Source: Hormoscilla sp. (GTDB taxonomy: Bacteria > Cyanobacteriota > Cyanobacteriia > Cyanobacteriales > Desertifilaceae). Taken from it: a stretch of DNA of 64,000 nucleotides. Below are positions 9,783-20,413 of the stretch, piece after piece. Position 1 is the stretch's first letter, and each line of letters opens with the position of its first letter. Both the position numbers and the translations under genes were made by a program. Under the pieces are notes generated by a model. The model had not been told where the DNA came from and did no database searches. It was given only the letters and a program-made list of their open reading frames with translations. Location: positions 32,001 to 96,000 of the forward strand of contig JBFRWI010000100.1 of assembly GCA_051439505.1 (NCBI GenBank). The letters are read 5' to 3'.

Positions 9783-11576
9783 CTAACGCTTTGCCAACTT
9801 CTTAGCCTTCATCTTCCGCAGACGAATAGACTTAGGCGTCACCTCCACCAACTCATCAGATCCGATATATTCCAACGCGCGTTCTAAACTCATTTCCACA
9901 GGTGATTGCAACTGTACCAACTCATCCCCCGTAGCAGAACGCATGTTAGTCAACTGCTTAGTCTTACAGATATTCAAATCCAAATCTTGGGGGCGGTTAT
10001 GTTCCCCGATAATCATCCCTTTATACACCTTCGTCCCAGGGGTAATGAAGAATACCCCTCGGTCTTCAGCATTTTTCAGGGCGTAGAAAGTCGCCGTTCC
10101 TTCTTCAAAAGCAATCAGTACCCCATTGCGGCGGGTTTCCACTTCCCCACTCAAGGGACGATAGTCGAAAAAGCTGTGATTCATGATTCCCTCGCCCCGC
10201 GTCAGGCGCATGAATTCACCCCGAAAACCAATTAAACCCCGGGCCGGGATGATAAATTCTAACTGGGTGCGTCCGTTACCACTCATTTGCATATCCTGCA
10301 TTTCCCCCTTACGCTGTCCCAGTCTTTCGATGCAACCGCCTGCTGCTGTTTCGGGAACGTCCAAGATTAAGCATTCAAAGGGTTCGCAGGGTTGGCCCTT
10401 CACTTCCCGGTAGATCACTTGGGGTTGAGAAACCTGGAATTCATAGCCTTCCCGCCGCATGGTTTCGATTAAAATTCCCAGATGCAACTCTCCCCGTCCC
10501 GAGACCGCAAATTTATCTGGAGTGTCCGCTTCTTCTACCCGCAGGGCCACATTGGTTTCCAGTTCCCGCGATAGGCGATCGCGCAATTGCCGGGAAGTCA
10601 CGTAATCTCCCTCTTTCCCTGCGAAAGGCGAATCATTCACAGAGAAAGTCATCTGCAAAGTGGGTTCATCCACCTTAATCAAAGGTAAAGCTTGGGGTTC
10701 GTTCGGGCAAGTAATGGTCTCGCCAATATTAGCATCAGCGAAGCCGGCCACCGCCACAATATTCCCAGCGGAAGCTGACTCCAGGTCGATGCGCTTGAGA
10801 CCTTCAAACCCCATCAACTTGGAGATCTTGGCCTTGACAATATCCCCAGTTTCCGTGACGATCGCAGCTTGTTGACCTGCTTTAATCGTACCATTGTGAA
10901 TTCTGCCAATGACAATGCGACCCAGATATTCAGAATAATCCAGAGTCGTCACTTGCAACTGTAGGGGTTGATCCGGGTCACCTACCGGGGGCGAAACGTG
11001 ATGCAGAATTGACTCAAACAGGGGTTGCATATCCGTGCTTTCGGCATCTAAATCCTCTTTAGCATAACCTTGTATGCCCGAAGCAAACAGATAGGGAAAC
11101 TCGCATTGGTCGTCATCCGCACCCAATTCTAGGAACAGATCCAGCACTTTATTCACCGCGCCGTGGGGGTCCGCTTGGGGGCGATCGATCTTATTGACAA
11201 CTACAATGGGGCGCAAACCCTTTTCCAGGGCCTTTTTGAGCACAAAGCGAGTCTGAGGCATCGGGCCTTCATTAGCATCAACAATGAGGATACAGCCATC
11301 CACCATACCCAGGACCCGTTCCACCTCACCGCCAAAGTCAGCGTGACCGGGAGTATCGACAATGTTAATTAAGGTATCCTTGTACTTGACAGCGGTGTTT
11401 TTTGAGAGTATAGTAATGCCCCGTTCTCGTTCCAAGTCATTGGAGTCCATGACGCAGTCCGGCACATCTTCCCCTTCGCGGAAGATACCAGACTGTTTCA
11501 GGAGGGCGTCAACGAGAGTAGTTTTGCCGTGATCGACGTGGGCAATAATGGCTACGTTACGGATAGGAAGAGACAT
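9783..11576 (-). CDS. typA: Translational GTPase TypA/BipA
   Basis: [51 protein letters not shown]. Confidence 0.97.
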   Translation of the reverse strand: MSLPIRNVAIIAHVDHGKTTLVDALLKQSGIFREGEDVPDCVMDSNDLERERGITILSKNTAVKYKDTLINIVDTPGHADFGGEVERVLGMVDGCILIVDANEGPMPQTRFVLKKALEKGLRPIVVVNKIDRPQADPHGAVNKVLDLFLELGADDDQCEFPYLFASGIQGYAKEDLDAESTDMQPLFESILHHVSPPVGDPDQPLQLQVTTLDYSEYLGRIVIGRIHNGTIKAGQQAAIVTETGDIVKAKISKLMGFEGLKRIDLESASAGNIVAVAGFADANIGETITCPNEPQALPLIKVDEPTLQMTFSVNDSPFAGKEGDYVTSRQLRDRLSRELETNVALRVEEADTPDKFAVSGRGELHLGILIETMRREGYEFQVSQPQVIYREVKGQPCEPFECLILDVPETAAGGCIERLGQRKGEMQDMQMSGNGRTQLEFIIPARGLIGFRGEFMRLTRGEGIMNHSFFDYRPLSGEVETRRNGVLIAFEEGTATFYALKNAEDRGVFFITPGTKVYKGMIIGEHNRPQDLDLNICKTKQLTNMRSATGDELVQLQSPVEMSLERALEYIGSDELVEVTPKSIRLRKMKAKKLAKR

Positions 11577-11971
11577 ACGCAATTCAAAATTCTTTCTTCA
11601 AAATTCAAAATGGGGAAACTCATTGAGCGTAAGGCTTTCAGAGGATCTGCCTATGCAATTTAAATGCACGACAGCTTAGGTACGTGAGTCAGTCTGTCGG
11701 CAGACTGGTATTGTGAAACATTTCTTAACGATTATAGCTTACCAGGTGGTGGGCGAGTACAAATGTACCATTCGAGTGCTGGGCCCCAGGATGCTGGGAC
11801 GATCGGCTAGGATAGAGAGATTACAGGAGTCAAGACAATCACAGGACGTAGGGTGGGCACCGCCCACCACCCGAAGCGCCACGCCCGCGCCAACTCAATA
11901 ATGTGTAAATCAGTCGGTCCACTTACTTAACATGGTGTATCATTGGAGTGCTGGGCAGCTAGAATAAGTTC

Positions 11972-12328
11972 ATGCAAGCACAACCGAGGGAGATTCGGAG
12001 TTACATTACGATAGATGGTAGAGTTCCTTTTGAAGAATGGCTGAATTCCCGGCGCGATTTTACAGCAGTGGTCAAGATAGAGAAAAGACTTGACCGAATT
12101 CGCCTTGGCCACCTGGGAAACTATCGGTCAGTGGGAGAAGGAGTCTATGAATTAAGGATTGATTATGGTCCGGGATATCGGGTATACTTCGGACAAATAG
12201 GAACAAGGATCGTAATTCTGTTATGTGGCGGGGATAAAAGCAGTCAACAGCAAGATATACGCAAAGCTAAGGAGTATTGGAGAGACTATGAAGAACTTGA
12301 AAACGATGACGGTGAAAACCCCTACTGA
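11972..12328 (+). CDS. Type II TA RelE/ParE-family toxin (addiction module killer type)
   Basis: SVGEGVYELRIDYGPGYRVYF, LLCGGDKSSQQQDI. Confidence 0.9.
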   Translation: MQAQPREIRSYITIDGRVPFEEWLNSRRDFTAVVKIEKRLDRIRLGHLGNYRSVGEGVYELRIDYGPGYRVYFGQIGTRIVILLCGGDKSSQQQDIRKAKEYWRDYEELENDDGENPY

Positions 12329-12722
12329 GTCGTCAGATGCTGTGTCTCCTGGGAGCAAGCTCCGGGAACCCTCCGCTACTCGCACTAACCGGAGGACTCA
12401 GCGGAGTAATAGCTACCAAGACTATCTCATAGAAACGCTCAAAGATCGAGTCCACGCTGCTGCTTATCTGACGGTACACTTGGAAGATGAAGACGGAGAC
12501 GCTGAAGAGGAACTGCTCATGAACGCACTTAGTAATGTCTTCCAGGCCCTGGGGGAACCCAATATGTCACCCGCATCGGCTAAACTGCATCTGGAAAAAC
12601 TAGATGATTTGCTCTCAAAGTCGGGAAGTGCAGTAATTTACAGTTTAACAGATTGGTTGGCGATCCTGGGTTTAAAACTTACTGTCACTGTGAATCAAGA
12701 TTTGGGCGATAATGGAGATTGA
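12288..12722 (+). CDS. Cognate antitoxin/DNA-binding protein
   Basis: Overlaps the toxin 3' end; SYQDYLIETLKD...AAAYL and LGLKLTVTV motifs; start uncertain. Confidence 0.75.
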   Translation: MKNLKTMTVKTPTESSDAVSPGSKLREPSATRTNRRTQRSNSYQDYLIETLKDRVHAAAYLTVHLEDEDGDAEEELLMNALSNVFQALGEPNMSPASAKLHLEKLDDLLSKSGSAVIYSLTDWLAILGLKLTVTVNQDLGDNGD

Positions 12723-12741
12723 GATTTTGCCCGATCGCCCT

Positions 12742-13227
12742 CTAAGCCCTCTGGAACTGACCTCCGGGAGTAATATACCCCACCATATGGGAATATTGGG
12801 TCCGACTGTCAAAATTCACCTCTGTCAATTCTCTATCCAAGTGAATAGATGAGCTTTCATCTTTACTCACAAACACCATCATGCAATCATGCAATTTTCT
12901 TCGCTCTGGCTCGATCAAATCATTAATGATCAACTCGATAAAATCCTTTTTGCTTGGCAAAGAAGAACGCAGTAACTGAATTTTTACGCCCATTCGATCG
13001 CCCTGCGTACCGGTCATAATATACTCCGACGATCTGTCAGGAATTTTAGTGAGATATTGATGGGGTTGATGAATCTTCAACCACTCCAATACCGCTGTTT
13101 CTGTTGCAGCGATAGATTCATATAACCTATCCATATAAGCATAGAAAGCATCATCATCATCTCGATTAGCGAGCATGTATGCGCGGAGTTCTTTGCGATT
13201 CATTTCCTGAAAGTTAGGTTTCATCAT
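12742..13227 (-). CDS. DUF6887-like protein with C-terminal extension
   Basis: KPNFQEMNRKELRAYMLANRDDDDAFYAYMDRL N-terminus. Confidence 0.7.
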   Translation of the reverse strand: MMKPNFQEMNRKELRAYMLANRDDDDAFYAYMDRLYESIAATETAVLEWLKIHQPHQYLTKIPDRSSEYIMTGTQGDRMGVKIQLLRSSLPSKKDFIELIINDLIEPERRKLHDCMMVFVSKDESSSIHLDRELTEVNFDSRTQYSHMVGYITPGGQFQRA

Positions 13228-13397
13228 TCGTCTACCAAATCACCTTTTTGATCGATCAAAAACTGAATGTCCTCTCCTGCCTGGATGTATATGTAACCCG
13301 TGCGTTCGTCAATCCGCACGATATAAATCGGCACATACATCTTTGTCAAATCATAGCATATAATAAAGCATTTCAATGCCTGGGCTGCTGTAGGAAT
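13224..13397 (-). CDS. DUF6888-like small protein (not in the ORF track; ATT start)
   Basis: Hand translation IPTAAQALKCFIICYDLTKMYVPIYIVRIDERTGYIYIQAGEDIQFLIDQKGDLVDE*; ATGA overlap with the DUF6887-like gene; AGGGGG RBS. Confidence 0.65.
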   Translation of the reverse strand: MPTAAQALKCFIICYDLTKMYVPIYIVRIDERTGYIYIQAGEDIQFLIDQKGDLVDE

Positions 13398-13428
13398 AAT
13401 CTTTACCCCCTGACGTTCTTCATCCTTG

Positions 13429-13458
13429 ACTATACAATCCCAAATGGCCCCATGTCAA
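13429..13458 (-). promoter_or_regulatory. Putative sigma70 promoter TTGACA-N18-TATAGT
   Basis: Near-consensus -35/-10 about 30 nt upstream of the DUF6888-like gene. Confidence 0.5.
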
Positions 13459-13619
13459 GCCCCAGGACACCCGATCGCGTAGCGGCTGCGCAGCAGCATC
13501 GCCCCTAGGGCCTAAACCGATCGCCGGTGACAAGCAAGCCAAATTTTCCATCGCCCTGTCCTCTGCGTCAAGAAGTTGATAAAATAGAATATAGAAATTT
13601 GAAAGGGAGTATTGCAGGT

Positions 13620-13904
13620 ATGGATATGCAAGCGCTCAGAGAGCGTGCCGAGCTTACTCGCACTGAAGTAGCATATAAGCTAGGAGTAAGCGAAACCAGC
13701 GTCCGCAACTGGGAAAGGGGCCGGACTGAACCGACAATGACACCGCAAAAATACTTAGAAGCATTGAATTTATTCCAATGTACGCCAGAAGAATTAGCCG
13801 CAGCAAGCGAAAAGTCCCTCAACCAAGACCACAAGGGCAAACCCGGAAGGCCCAAACGGATAGTCAAAAATGAAACTGATAAGCGGAAATTATCTGAATC
13901 ATGA
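13620..13904 (+). CDS. XRE-family HTH protein
   Basis: LRERAELTRTEVAYKLGVSETSVRNWERGRTEP. Confidence 0.85.
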   Translation: MDMQALRERAELTRTEVAYKLGVSETSVRNWERGRTEPTMTPQKYLEALNLFQCTPEELAAASEKSLNQDHKGKPGRPKRIVKNETDKRKLSES

Positions 13905-14045
13905 CATAAAAATTGCATCGGTACTATTGCAAGTAATTCAGTAGCAAGAGGCGATCGATCTATCAGCCGTTTCGGAGTTCCCCATCGGCAAGGGAACGAG
14001 TCCAACTCCAAGTCCGCCAAAAGCCAGTCAATCACCAGTCCCAAC

Positions 14046-14642
14046 ATGCTATCAGAAAAATTTACCGAAGCCCTCACCTTTGCCACGGAACTTCACGCTA
14101 CCCAGAAGCGTAAGGGTTCGGGCGTTCCCTATATTGCTCATTTGTTAGGCACGGCCAGTATTGTTCTAGAATATGGAGCTAACGAAGCTGAGGCGATCGC
14201 CGCCTTACTCCACGATGCCATCGAAGATCAAGGGGGTACACCGACTAGAGAAGCAATTCGCCGCCGGTTTGGGGATGCTGTCACGGCCATTGTGGATGGA
14301 TGCACGGATGCTGACAGCATCCCCAAACCCCCCTGGCGACAGCGCAAAGAAGCTTATATTGCTAGCATTCCCACCGCCTCAGCCTCAGTGCGACTGGTGA
14401 CAGCAGCAGATAAACTGTACAATGCTAGATCGATACTCAAAGATTATCGGGTATTGGGAGAGGAACTCTGGCAGCGTTTCGCTGGCGGCAAAGCAGGCAC
14501 CCTCTGGTATTACCGGGCCCTGGTAGAAGCATTGCGCGCAGCAGCATCAACGCCTCTGGTAGAAGAATTAGACCGGGTAGTTACTCAGATAGAACAGCTA
14601 GCATCCGATTCCCCAGTTAAGATGTCGTCCATCGTAAACTAA
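14046..14642 (+). CDS. HD-domain protein, RelA/SpoT hydrolase-like (small alarmone hydrolase type)
   Basis: HATQKRKGSGVPYIAH, AALLHDAIED, ADKLYNARS. Confidence 0.85.
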   Translation: MLSEKFTEALTFATELHATQKRKGSGVPYIAHLLGTASIVLEYGANEAEAIAALLHDAIEDQGGTPTREAIRRRFGDAVTAIVDGCTDADSIPKPPWRQRKEAYIASIPTASASVRLVTAADKLYNARSILKDYRVLGEELWQRFAGGKAGTLWYYRALVEALRAAASTPLVEELDRVVTQIEQLASDSPVKMSSIVN

Positions 14643-14686
14643 GAATTACACGAGTACCTCAGATTAGAGAAGGATTCACTATTACA

Positions 14687-15106
14687 ATGGCAGAAGCAAC
14701 AGAGCAAAAGCCCGCTGGCAAAAAAGCCAAGCCACCCGCACTGGAAGACAAGCCCTTTGCTGAGTTTATCGGGGAGCATTACCTGCCCGCCTTAGAGACC
14801 AAACTGGCAAGTCAGGGAATTTCTCAATTAGACCTCAAGTTTGTCAAGCAAAAAATTCCCATCATCGGTCTGGAGAAAGAGCCTGAGTGCTGGCAAGTGA
14901 TTGGCAACTGGGCCGATCGCCAGTTTAGCGTCTACTTCCTCAAAGAAGACATCAAAGGAGAGCGAGCCTTTTCCTACGCCATGGGGGGCAGCAAGCCAGC
15001 TGCTCTAGAACCATTCTTAATTGACGAGCGGAAGATTACCCTAGACTTGCTGGTGTTTGGCGTCCTACAGCGGCTCAACGGTCAAAAATGGCTGGCCTTA
15101 AATTAA
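14687..15106 (+). CDS. ndhV: DUF2996 protein, NDH-1 subunit NdhV
   Basis: KPPALEDKPFAEFI, EPFLIDERKITLDLL, QRLNGQKWL. Confidence 0.8.
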   Translation: MAEATEQKPAGKKAKPPALEDKPFAEFIGEHYLPALETKLASQGISQLDLKFVKQKIPIIGLEKEPECWQVIGNWADRQFSVYFLKEDIKGERAFSYAMGGSKPAALEPFLIDERKITLDLLVFGVLQRLNGQKWLALN

Positions 15107-15597
15107 CCTTGCAACTCGTGGAATTCGTAAAGGACAATCCCCGTATCCGGGTGATTGCCAATGGTAGCATAGTCAGCCTTGACCATTTCTAGCAAAACGG
15201 ATTCCACTTCGCTAAAGCCCACCCCCGTTTCCATCACCCCTTGGGTAACGGATAATTTGCCCCCCCGGGCTTCAGCAGCCTTGAGGAGTTTCACCATCAG
15301 CTGATCCCGGGTGGGCATTGCTGGGGGAGCTTTAGCCACCACTTGCTGGGCCACTGCCTTTTGCTCGGTAGGTACGCCAGTTGGGGACAAGCCATATTTG
15401 GCTCTAAAATTGGCATTGTGCTCTTCGACCATATCAGAAATCAAGAACAAATCCACAAACTGCCCGATGCCCAATAAGCCCCCAGTACAGAGCCACAAGA
15501 GACCTGTGGCAAATTTTCGGTTATAAATGCGATGCAGCCCAGAAGCCCCAAACAGGAAGCCGAGCCAAAGTAAATAGCTGGTACTAACTTGATTCAT
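15103..15597 (-). CDS. TM2/NINE-domain membrane protein
   Basis: YLLW...GLHRIY...GLLWLCTGGLLGIGQFVDLFLI. Confidence 0.85.
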   Translation of the reverse strand: MNQVSTSYLLWLGFLFGASGLHRIYNRKFATGLLWLCTGGLLGIGQFVDLFLISDMVEEHNANFRAKYGLSPTGVPTEQKAVAQQVVAKAPPAMPTRDQLMVKLLKAAEARGGKLSVTQGVMETGVGFSEVESVLLEMVKADYATIGNHPDTGIVLYEFHELQG

Positions 15598-15637
15598 TGC
15601 CGTAACTGATAGATTTAGTTCTAATATAAATGTTTAT

Positions 15638-15760
15638 CCGTTACATAAGACTTACCCAAAGCTCCCCACATGTGGACCGCTTTGGAACTTACTTCCTGCA
15701 ACATCGCTGGTAGTGTCGGCACTGACCAGTCCGCAGGCTAACACCACCTAACTGGCGGCT
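15638..15760 (-). ncRNA. Putative TnpB omegaRNA (reRNA) scaffold
   Basis: Lies at the tnpB 3' end/right end; hairpins such as CTGGT...ACCAG and CCAAAGC...GCTTTGG; boundaries inferred. Confidence 0.5.
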
Positions 15761-16836
15761 ATCTCCAAATTAATGGAGGCATTCAAGTCTCGATCTATTT
15801 CCAGGCCACAGTTGTCACACCGGAAGATTCTTTCTGATAAGGGCTGCTCGTCTTTTTTTGTGTGACATCTAGAACAGGTCTTAGTTGAGGGATACCATTG
15901 GTCAACCACAACTAAGGTCGAACCATACAACTCACACTTGTACTCCAACTGCCGTCTGAATTCGTAGAAACCCATGTCACCAATAGCTTTGGCTAGCTTG
16001 TGGTTTGCCACCATACCAGACACATTCAAGTCCTCAATTCCTATCCGGCCGTGGTTTTTGGCCAAATATGTCGTGAGTTTGTGTAATGTATCTTTGCGGA
16101 TGTTAGCTATCTTTCGATGCAGACGAGCTATTTTGACTTGGGCTTTTTTCCAATTTGCCGAGCCGATCTTTCTTCTCCGATTCAGCCATTGTAGTCGCGA
16201 GAGTTGTTTTTCATATTTTCGATAGCTTTTAGCGCCATCAAAAACTTCACCGGTCGATAAAACTGCCAGAGTTTTTATGCCTAAATCCACCCCTACTACC
16301 GGAGAGGGTTTTGGGTGGTTTACTGGCTCAACTTCCAGTTGAAAGCTGATAAACCAGCGATCGGCAGTTCTGGATCTGGTTACAGACTTCGGCTGAGAAC
16401 CGACTGGTAGTCTTTCATATGTTCTCAGCCAACCAATCTTAGGGACTTTGATCCCAAAATGGTCAAGTTTAATGGAGCCATCTAAAGTAAAGCTATCACC
16501 ACGACCTTTTTTCTTAAACCTGGGCGGTTTACTTATCTTTTTGAATGCCCGCCTCCAAGCTTCACGTAGCTGTCTCAAGGCATATTGTGGGGCACACTTG
16601 CTGACCTCGTAATACCAGGGATACTCATGTTTTACTAGGGCAACCAACCACTTATGCAGGTCAATTGCTGTTGGAAATTTTATTTTCTCTTCTGGATTGT
16701 CCCGATTGTGGTCAAGTATCTGTTTTGTCAGACCCAATCCCCAGTTCCAAGCATGACGGGCTACCCCCGCGTGTTTTGCTAGTAGTGTGCGTTGCTTGTT
16801 GTTTAATTTTAGCTCGGTCTTAAAACCTAATAACAT
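15748..16836 (-). CDS. tnpB: RNA-guided endonuclease TnpB
   Basis: RuvC motifs VGVDLG, IGIEDL and DRDLNAS; Zn finger CSRC/CDNC; MLLGFKTELKLNN start. Confidence 0.95.
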   Translation of the reverse strand: MLLGFKTELKLNNKQRTLLAKHAGVARHAWNWGLGLTKQILDHNRDNPEEKIKFPTAIDLHKWLVALVKHEYPWYYEVSKCAPQYALRQLREAWRRAFKKISKPPRFKKKGRGDSFTLDGSIKLDHFGIKVPKIGWLRTYERLPVGSQPKSVTRSRTADRWFISFQLEVEPVNHPKPSPVVGVDLGIKTLAVLSTGEVFDGAKSYRKYEKQLSRLQWLNRRRKIGSANWKKAQVKIARLHRKIANIRKDTLHKLTTYLAKNHGRIGIEDLNVSGMVANHKLAKAIGDMGFYEFRRQLEYKCELYGSTLVVVDQWYPSTKTCSRCHTKKDEQPLSERIFRCDNCGLEIDRDLNASINLEIAAS

Positions 16837-17144
16837 ACATCCTCCACCGCATTAGCTTATCTTTGCGGATCGTGATATCCTTGATTTAATTTATTTAAGG
16901 AAGGGAGCTTAATGCTTCCTTTTTCTTAATTTTTATTATAGCAATCCCTACCTCAGAAACCTATCCGAAATAACACCTAATTTGATTAATCGGGCCAAAT
17001 ATATTGATTCGACACGAGCCCCTTACCCAATTCGGCAACAATGTAAAAAGGTGTCAAACAATTTACTTACAGCTACAAACCCCCCGCCAGTGGTTATCAT
17101 GTTTAGTGTAGGTGCTGCGCCAGTTTACCCCAACTATCCGACCT

Positions 17145-18788
17145 ATGGGACAATTACGGAATTTACTACTGATTGCTTCGATCGGGGCTTTGACATTGCA
17201 GCCCATCTCGACAGTGCTGGCTCAAGCAGATACCAGTATAGAGAGTCCTGCTCCTGAGCCGGCAGATACGATACCGAGTTCTCCCACCACCGATCCAGAT
17301 GATGAGTCCCCAGATGAAGCCAGGGACATCACGACCGAGGAGGAGACAGCAGCAGAAACCCCCAGTCCCGAAGAACTTCAGCGCCATCAGACCTTAGCTG
17401 AAGCCGACAAGCTGTATCGGGAGGGATCTCTTGAGGCAGCGGAACAGCTATATCGGCAAGCAAAACCCCCCTTCGATCGAGAGACTTCGGAAGCTTCTCG
17501 ACAGTCGCGGCCAAAAATAATCGAAGACCCGGCAGAACTGTCCCCAGCTGGAAAGGTTTACTGGCGGGAGTATCAGGCGGGGTTAGCACGGGGACTGGAA
17601 ACAAGGATATTCGTGCCCCTCAAACTCCTAGTCGATCGATATCCCGAATTTATCCCCGGCCATCTGCATCTAGCGCAGGCACTCACAGATGAGGGACGTT
17701 CTGATGAAGCATTGCAGCTGCTGGAACGGGCGGCCCAACGCTATCCCGATCGACCTGATTTACTCAGAGCTAAAATTGCTGCTCAGGTAGAGGCGGAAAA
17801 CTGGTTAGATGCTTCCCTGACGGCACGAGAATTTGCTCTCCTAAACCCGGAACATCCCTCAGCGGCAGAGTTTACCCAGTTGGCAGACGAGCATCTGGAA
17901 CGCTTTAAGTTGCATCTGAGAAGAAGGGTGCGGGGAAATGCGATCGGCAACGCGGTGGTAGGAACCCTGGGTTACGCCCTGATGGGCAACATTTTTGGTC
18001 CCCTCTCTGCTTTAGAAACTACCCTGCTATTGCTGCGGGGGGAGTCTGGTGTCGGAGAAAAGCTCGCCAATCGACTTGTCAAACGGCTGCCGATGGTAGA
18101 AGATGAAGAAGTGCTCTCCTATGTGGGGGAGATGGGAGAGAAACTGGCTCAACTGACCGGGCGGGATGACTTTGAATATGAATTTTATGTCGTTCTGGAT
18201 GAAAATCTCAATGCCTTTGCTCTACCGGGCGGGAAAATCTTTGTCAATGCTGGTGCGATCGTCCAAACCAAGTCGGAAGCGGAATTAGCAGGATTACTAG
18301 CTCACGAACTTTCCCATACCGTCCTTTCCCACGGATTTCAATTAGTCACCAAGGGCAGCCTCACCTCTAATGTAGTTCAGTATATCCCCTATGCCGGGGG
18401 CATCGCCTCTCGTCTGTTAGTATTCAGCTACAGTCGGGATATGGAACGACAAGCAGATCTAGTGGGGACTCGCATCCTCGCTTCTTCGGACTATGCCGCC
18501 GATGGGATGCGAAATCTGATGGTAACTCTAGACAATCAAGATCGACCATCTCCTCCCGCTTGGCTTTCTACTCACCCGGACACCTCAGCAAGGGTAGAAT
18601 ATCTGGAAGCGGTGATTATCAGCAATGGCTACAACCGCTATGCTTATGAAGGGGTGGAACGACATGCCCAGATCCAAGCAAGGGTGAAGCAGCTGTTAGA
18701 GGAGCAAAAGGAACAAGAAGAGGAAGCAGACGTTGAGCAAGAAACTCAGCCCTCAGAGGAAGAGCAAGAACATGAAGTTGAGTCTTGA
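17145..18788 (+). CDS. M48-family Zn metallopeptidase with TPR-like region, secreted
   Basis: Signal peptide, NAFALPGG, HELSH, E-x-QAD, STHP. Confidence 0.9.
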   Translation: MGQLRNLLLIASIGALTLQPISTVLAQADTSIESPAPEPADTIPSSPTTDPDDESPDEARDITTEEETAAETPSPEELQRHQTLAEADKLYREGSLEAAEQLYRQAKPPFDRETSEASRQSRPKIIEDPAELSPAGKVYWREYQAGLARGLETRIFVPLKLLVDRYPEFIPGHLHLAQALTDEGRSDEALQLLERAAQRYPDRPDLLRAKIAAQVEAENWLDASLTAREFALLNPEHPSAAEFTQLADEHLERFKLHLRRRVRGNAIGNAVVGTLGYALMGNIFGPLSALETTLLLLRGESGVGEKLANRLVKRLPMVEDEEVLSYVGEMGEKLAQLTGRDDFEYEFYVVLDENLNAFALPGGKIFVNAGAIVQTKSEAELAGLLAHELSHTVLSHGFQLVTKGSLTSNVVQYIPYAGGIASRLLVFSYSRDMERQADLVGTRILASSDYAADGMRNLMVTLDNQDRPSPPAWLSTHPDTSARVEYLEAVIISNGYNRYAYEGVERHAQIQARVKQLLEEQKEQEEEADVEQETQPSEEEQEHEVES

Positions 18789-19256
18789 GAGTTAGTTATT
18801 GCGCTTTAGTGCTCAAACCATTTGTCGTTAAAGACACAGAATTCCATTTTGTTACAAAAATTAATGTTGTGTTGCAAATATTAACGAAAATCGGGGCAGG
18901 CACTACAGGAAAACTCTGGTAGACTGAAGGAGTTGCGATCTTGTTGCCCAAAAACTTACACATCTCTCATATTTGGGGGAAGTATCAGTAAGAGAAAGCT
19001 ATTTAGCGGTATAAAAAAATGTCATGTTTCCGTATAATATAGCAGATCGGGCGCTCGTCTTACTTGAGATCGGCTCCAGAGCGCAAGTCCACTTGCTTTT
19101 TGCGAGGCAAGTCCACTAAGCTGGCTGCGACAGCCTGACCTGTCGAAAGATGCGGATGTTATACTTGCACCTATCTAGCTGTTAGATTTGTGAGGGTTAA
19201 ACGCAGCACGTGCAAACACAGCAGCAACAACGATAATAATAGGAGTAGACACGCTT

Positions 19257-20333
19257 ATGGTACAAGCAGCTGAAAAACCAGCCTTTCAAGAGTTGCGACC
19301 TGGGATTAAAGCCCCAGCTAAGGAAACGATCCTGACGCCTCGGTTCTACACTACCGACTTCGACGAGATGGAGAAAATGGATCTCTCGGTGAACGAGGCG
19401 GAGCTCAAAGCCATATTAGAGGAGTTCCGGGCTGATTACAATCGCCATCACTTCGTCCGGGATGCGGAGTTCGAGCAATCCTGGGACCATCTGGATGAGG
19501 AGACTCGCCGGTTGTTTGTGGAGTTTCTGGAGCGTTCCTGCACGGCGGAGTTCTCTGGTTTCCTACTCTATAAGGAACTGGGACGCCGGATCAAGAAGAA
19601 AAATCCGTTGCTGGCGGAATGCTTTACTCTGATGTCCCGGGATGAGGCCCGTCACGCGGGTTTCCTGAATAAGGCGATGTCAGATTTCAATCTGGCCCTG
19701 GATTTGGGATTCCTCACGAAGAATCATCAGTATACGTTCTTTAAGCCCAAGTTTATTTTCTACGCTACTTACCTGTCCGAGAAGATCGGCTATTGGCGGT
19801 ATATCAAGATTTATCGCCACCTGGAAGCTCATCCAGAAGACCGCATTTATCCGATTTTCCGGTTCTTTGAGAATTGGTGTCAGGATGAAAACCGCCACGG
19901 TGACTTCTTTGATGCGGTGATGCGGACCCAACCCCAGATCTTAAATGATTGGAAGGCGCGGCTGTGGTCTCGGTTCTTCCTGCTGTCGGTGTTCGCGACG
20001 ATGTATCTCAATGACGTGCAGCGATCGGGCTTCTATGCCTCGATCGGGCTGAATGCGCGAGAATATGATAAGGAAGTCATTGAGAAGACTAATGAGACGG
20101 CGGGGCGGGTGTTCCCCATTATCCTGGATGTGAAGAATCCCGAATTCTATCGCCGCTTGGAAGTTTGCGTCAAGACGAATGAGAAACTGACGGCAATTGT
20201 GAAATCCAAGACTCCCAAGTTCCTGCAATTGATTCAGAAGCTACCTCATTACATCTCTAATGGCTGGCAGTTCCTGCGCCTGTATTTGATGAAGCCGATT
20301 AATGTTGCTAATCTAGAAGGTACGGTGCGCTAA
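19257..20333 (+). CDS. acsF: Mg-protoporphyrin IX monomethyl ester oxidative cyclase
   Basis: [28 protein letters not shown] and DENRH di-iron motifs. Confidence 0.97.
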   Translation: MVQAAEKPAFQELRPGIKAPAKETILTPRFYTTDFDEMEKMDLSVNEAELKAILEEFRADYNRHHFVRDAEFEQSWDHLDEETRRLFVEFLERSCTAEFSGFLLYKELGRRIKKKNPLLAECFTLMSRDEARHAGFLNKAMSDFNLALDLGFLTKNHQYTFFKPKFIFYATYLSEKIGYWRYIKIYRHLEAHPEDRIYPIFRFFENWCQDENRHGDFFDAVMRTQPQILNDWKARLWSRFFLLSVFATMYLNDVQRSGFYASIGLNAREYDKEVIEKTNETAGRVFPIILDVKNPEFYRRLEVCVKTNEKLTAIVKSKTPKFLQLIQKLPHYISNGWQFLRLYLMKPINVANLEGTVR

Positions 20334-20413
20334 TTTATTCTCCATCGGAACCATTCACACTCCCCAACACCCACATCCCCACCCTCAAGGGTGGGGCTAC
20401 AGGAACGAAGCAA

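Larger units (their letters stand above)
15638..16880 (-). mobile_element. Non-autonomous IS607-like element (tnpB only); left end uncertain
   Basis: tnpB followed by a structured ~110-nt tail ending ...GTAACGG; possible short tnpA 3' remnant upstream. Confidence 0.65.

Noticed and set aside
13250..13270. Suspected frameshift in the DUF6888-like gene
   Set aside because: Recounting shows five A's at 13258-13262, so the frame is intact to the stop at 13224.
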